This document shows, in pieces, positions 40,001-40,369 of a DNA stretch of 40,369 nt. Made by a program: the position numbers and the translations under genes. The stretch is from Nemertoderma westbladi (taxonomy: Eukaryota; Animalia; Xenacoelomorpha), in NCBI GenBank assembly GCA_032718475.1, contig JAUCBJ010004943.1, positions 1-40,369 of the forward strand, written 5' to 3'. Below the pieces are notes generated by a model. It was given only the letters and a program-made list of their open reading frames with translations. It searched no databases and had not been told where the DNA came from. Each line of letters opens with the position of its first letter. Positions within the stretch are counted from its first letter, which is position 1.

Positions 40001-40369
40001 TGAGTACACAGTAATAGAGGCGGTGGGCACCTAAGAGGCCACTGAGTACACAGTAATAGAGGCGGTGGGCACCTAAGAGGCACTGAGTACACAGTAATAG
40101 AGGCGGTGGGGACCTAAGAGGCACTGAGTACACAGTAATAGAGGGGTGGGGACCTAAGAGGCGGTGGGGACCTAAGAGGCCACTGAGTACACAGTAATAG
40201 AGGCGGTGGGCACCTAAGAGGCCACTGAGTACACAGTAATAGAGCGGTGGGGACCTAAGAGGCCACTGAGTACACAGTAATAGAGGCGGTGGGGACCTAA
40301 GAGGGCACTGAGTACACAGTAATAGAGGTGGTGGGGACCTAAGAGGCCACTGAGTACACAGTAATAGAG
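4010..40369. repeat. 42-bp minisatellite/satellite array, >=36.3 kb (~865 unit-lengths), running off the right edge
   Basis: Consensus GAGGCCACTGAGTACACAGTAATAGAGGCGGTGGGGACCTAA (G15 A13 C8 T6, 55% GC, 67% purine on +). The first full unit starts at 4022, with a degenerate partial unit TAAGAGAGCACTGAG at 4010-4024. Most units have 0-1 differences. Recurrent 45-bp (+CTA) and 18-bp variants occur. Confidence 0.99.
32320..33120. repeat. Sub-array dominated by the 18-bp subunit AGAGGCGGTGGGGACCTA, forming a 96-bp higher-order unit
   Basis: CCACTGAG anchors at 32351, 32447, 32543, then 32645, 32741, then 32879, 32975, 33071 are spaced 96 bp apart (24 + 4x18). Confidence 0.9.

Noticed and set aside
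3959-40133. Very long minus-strand ORFs (up to 1620 aa) of LLGPHRLYYCVLSG / PLRSPPPLLLCTQW repeats as protein-coding genes
   Set aside because: They are an automatic result of a 42-bp unit lacking stops in two frames. The ORFs switch frame arbitrarily, are not in frame with the Prp40 exon, mostly rely on non-ATG starts, and show no synonymous bias.
4022-40369. CRISPR array
   Set aside because: No unique spacers, no cas genes, and a eukaryotic context.
4022-40369. Plus-strand frame EATEYTVIEAVGT* as a protein under stop-codon reassignment or readthrough
   Set aside because: It looks protein-like and several variants are synonymous. However, by rough count these are under a third of variant types, as expected by chance, and the Prp40 exon gives no sign of a non-standard code.
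4022-40369. Telomeric repeat array
   Set aside because: The G-rich strand points to the window end, but the unit resembles no telomerase repeat I know, and the upstream Prp40 exons should lie beyond it. This cannot be fully excluded without scaffold context.

Overview
Eukaryotic (animal-like) genomic DNA, not prokaryotic. The first ~4 kb is AT-rich intron-like sequence. It holds a decayed, 5'-truncated CRE-clade (restriction-like endonuclease, RLE) non-LTR retrotransposon split by a ~734-bp AT-rich insertion, a probable Tc1/mariner-type MITE end, and one intact 677-bp minus-strand exon (3317-3993) encoding FF domains 1-3 of the U1 snRNP splicing factor Prp40/PRPF40. From ~4010 to the window end (>=36.3 kb, ~865 unit-lengths) is a very homogeneous 42-bp tandem repeat (GAGGCCACTGAGTACACAGTAATAGAGGCGGTGGGGACCTAA). 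It starts only ~15-25 nt upstream of the Prp40 exon's splice acceptor, so it appears to fill a giant intron of a core splicing gene. The long ORFs over the array are translations of the repeat. The most interesting signals are the satellite abutting (and possibly supplying the branch point of) the 3' splice site, a CAG|GTAAAT recursive-splice-like acceptor, cryptic AG/AGGT motifs in every unit, a 24+18 subunit structure with a nascent 96-bp higher-order repeat, kb-scale block duplications, and a palindromic core with mirror-position variants.
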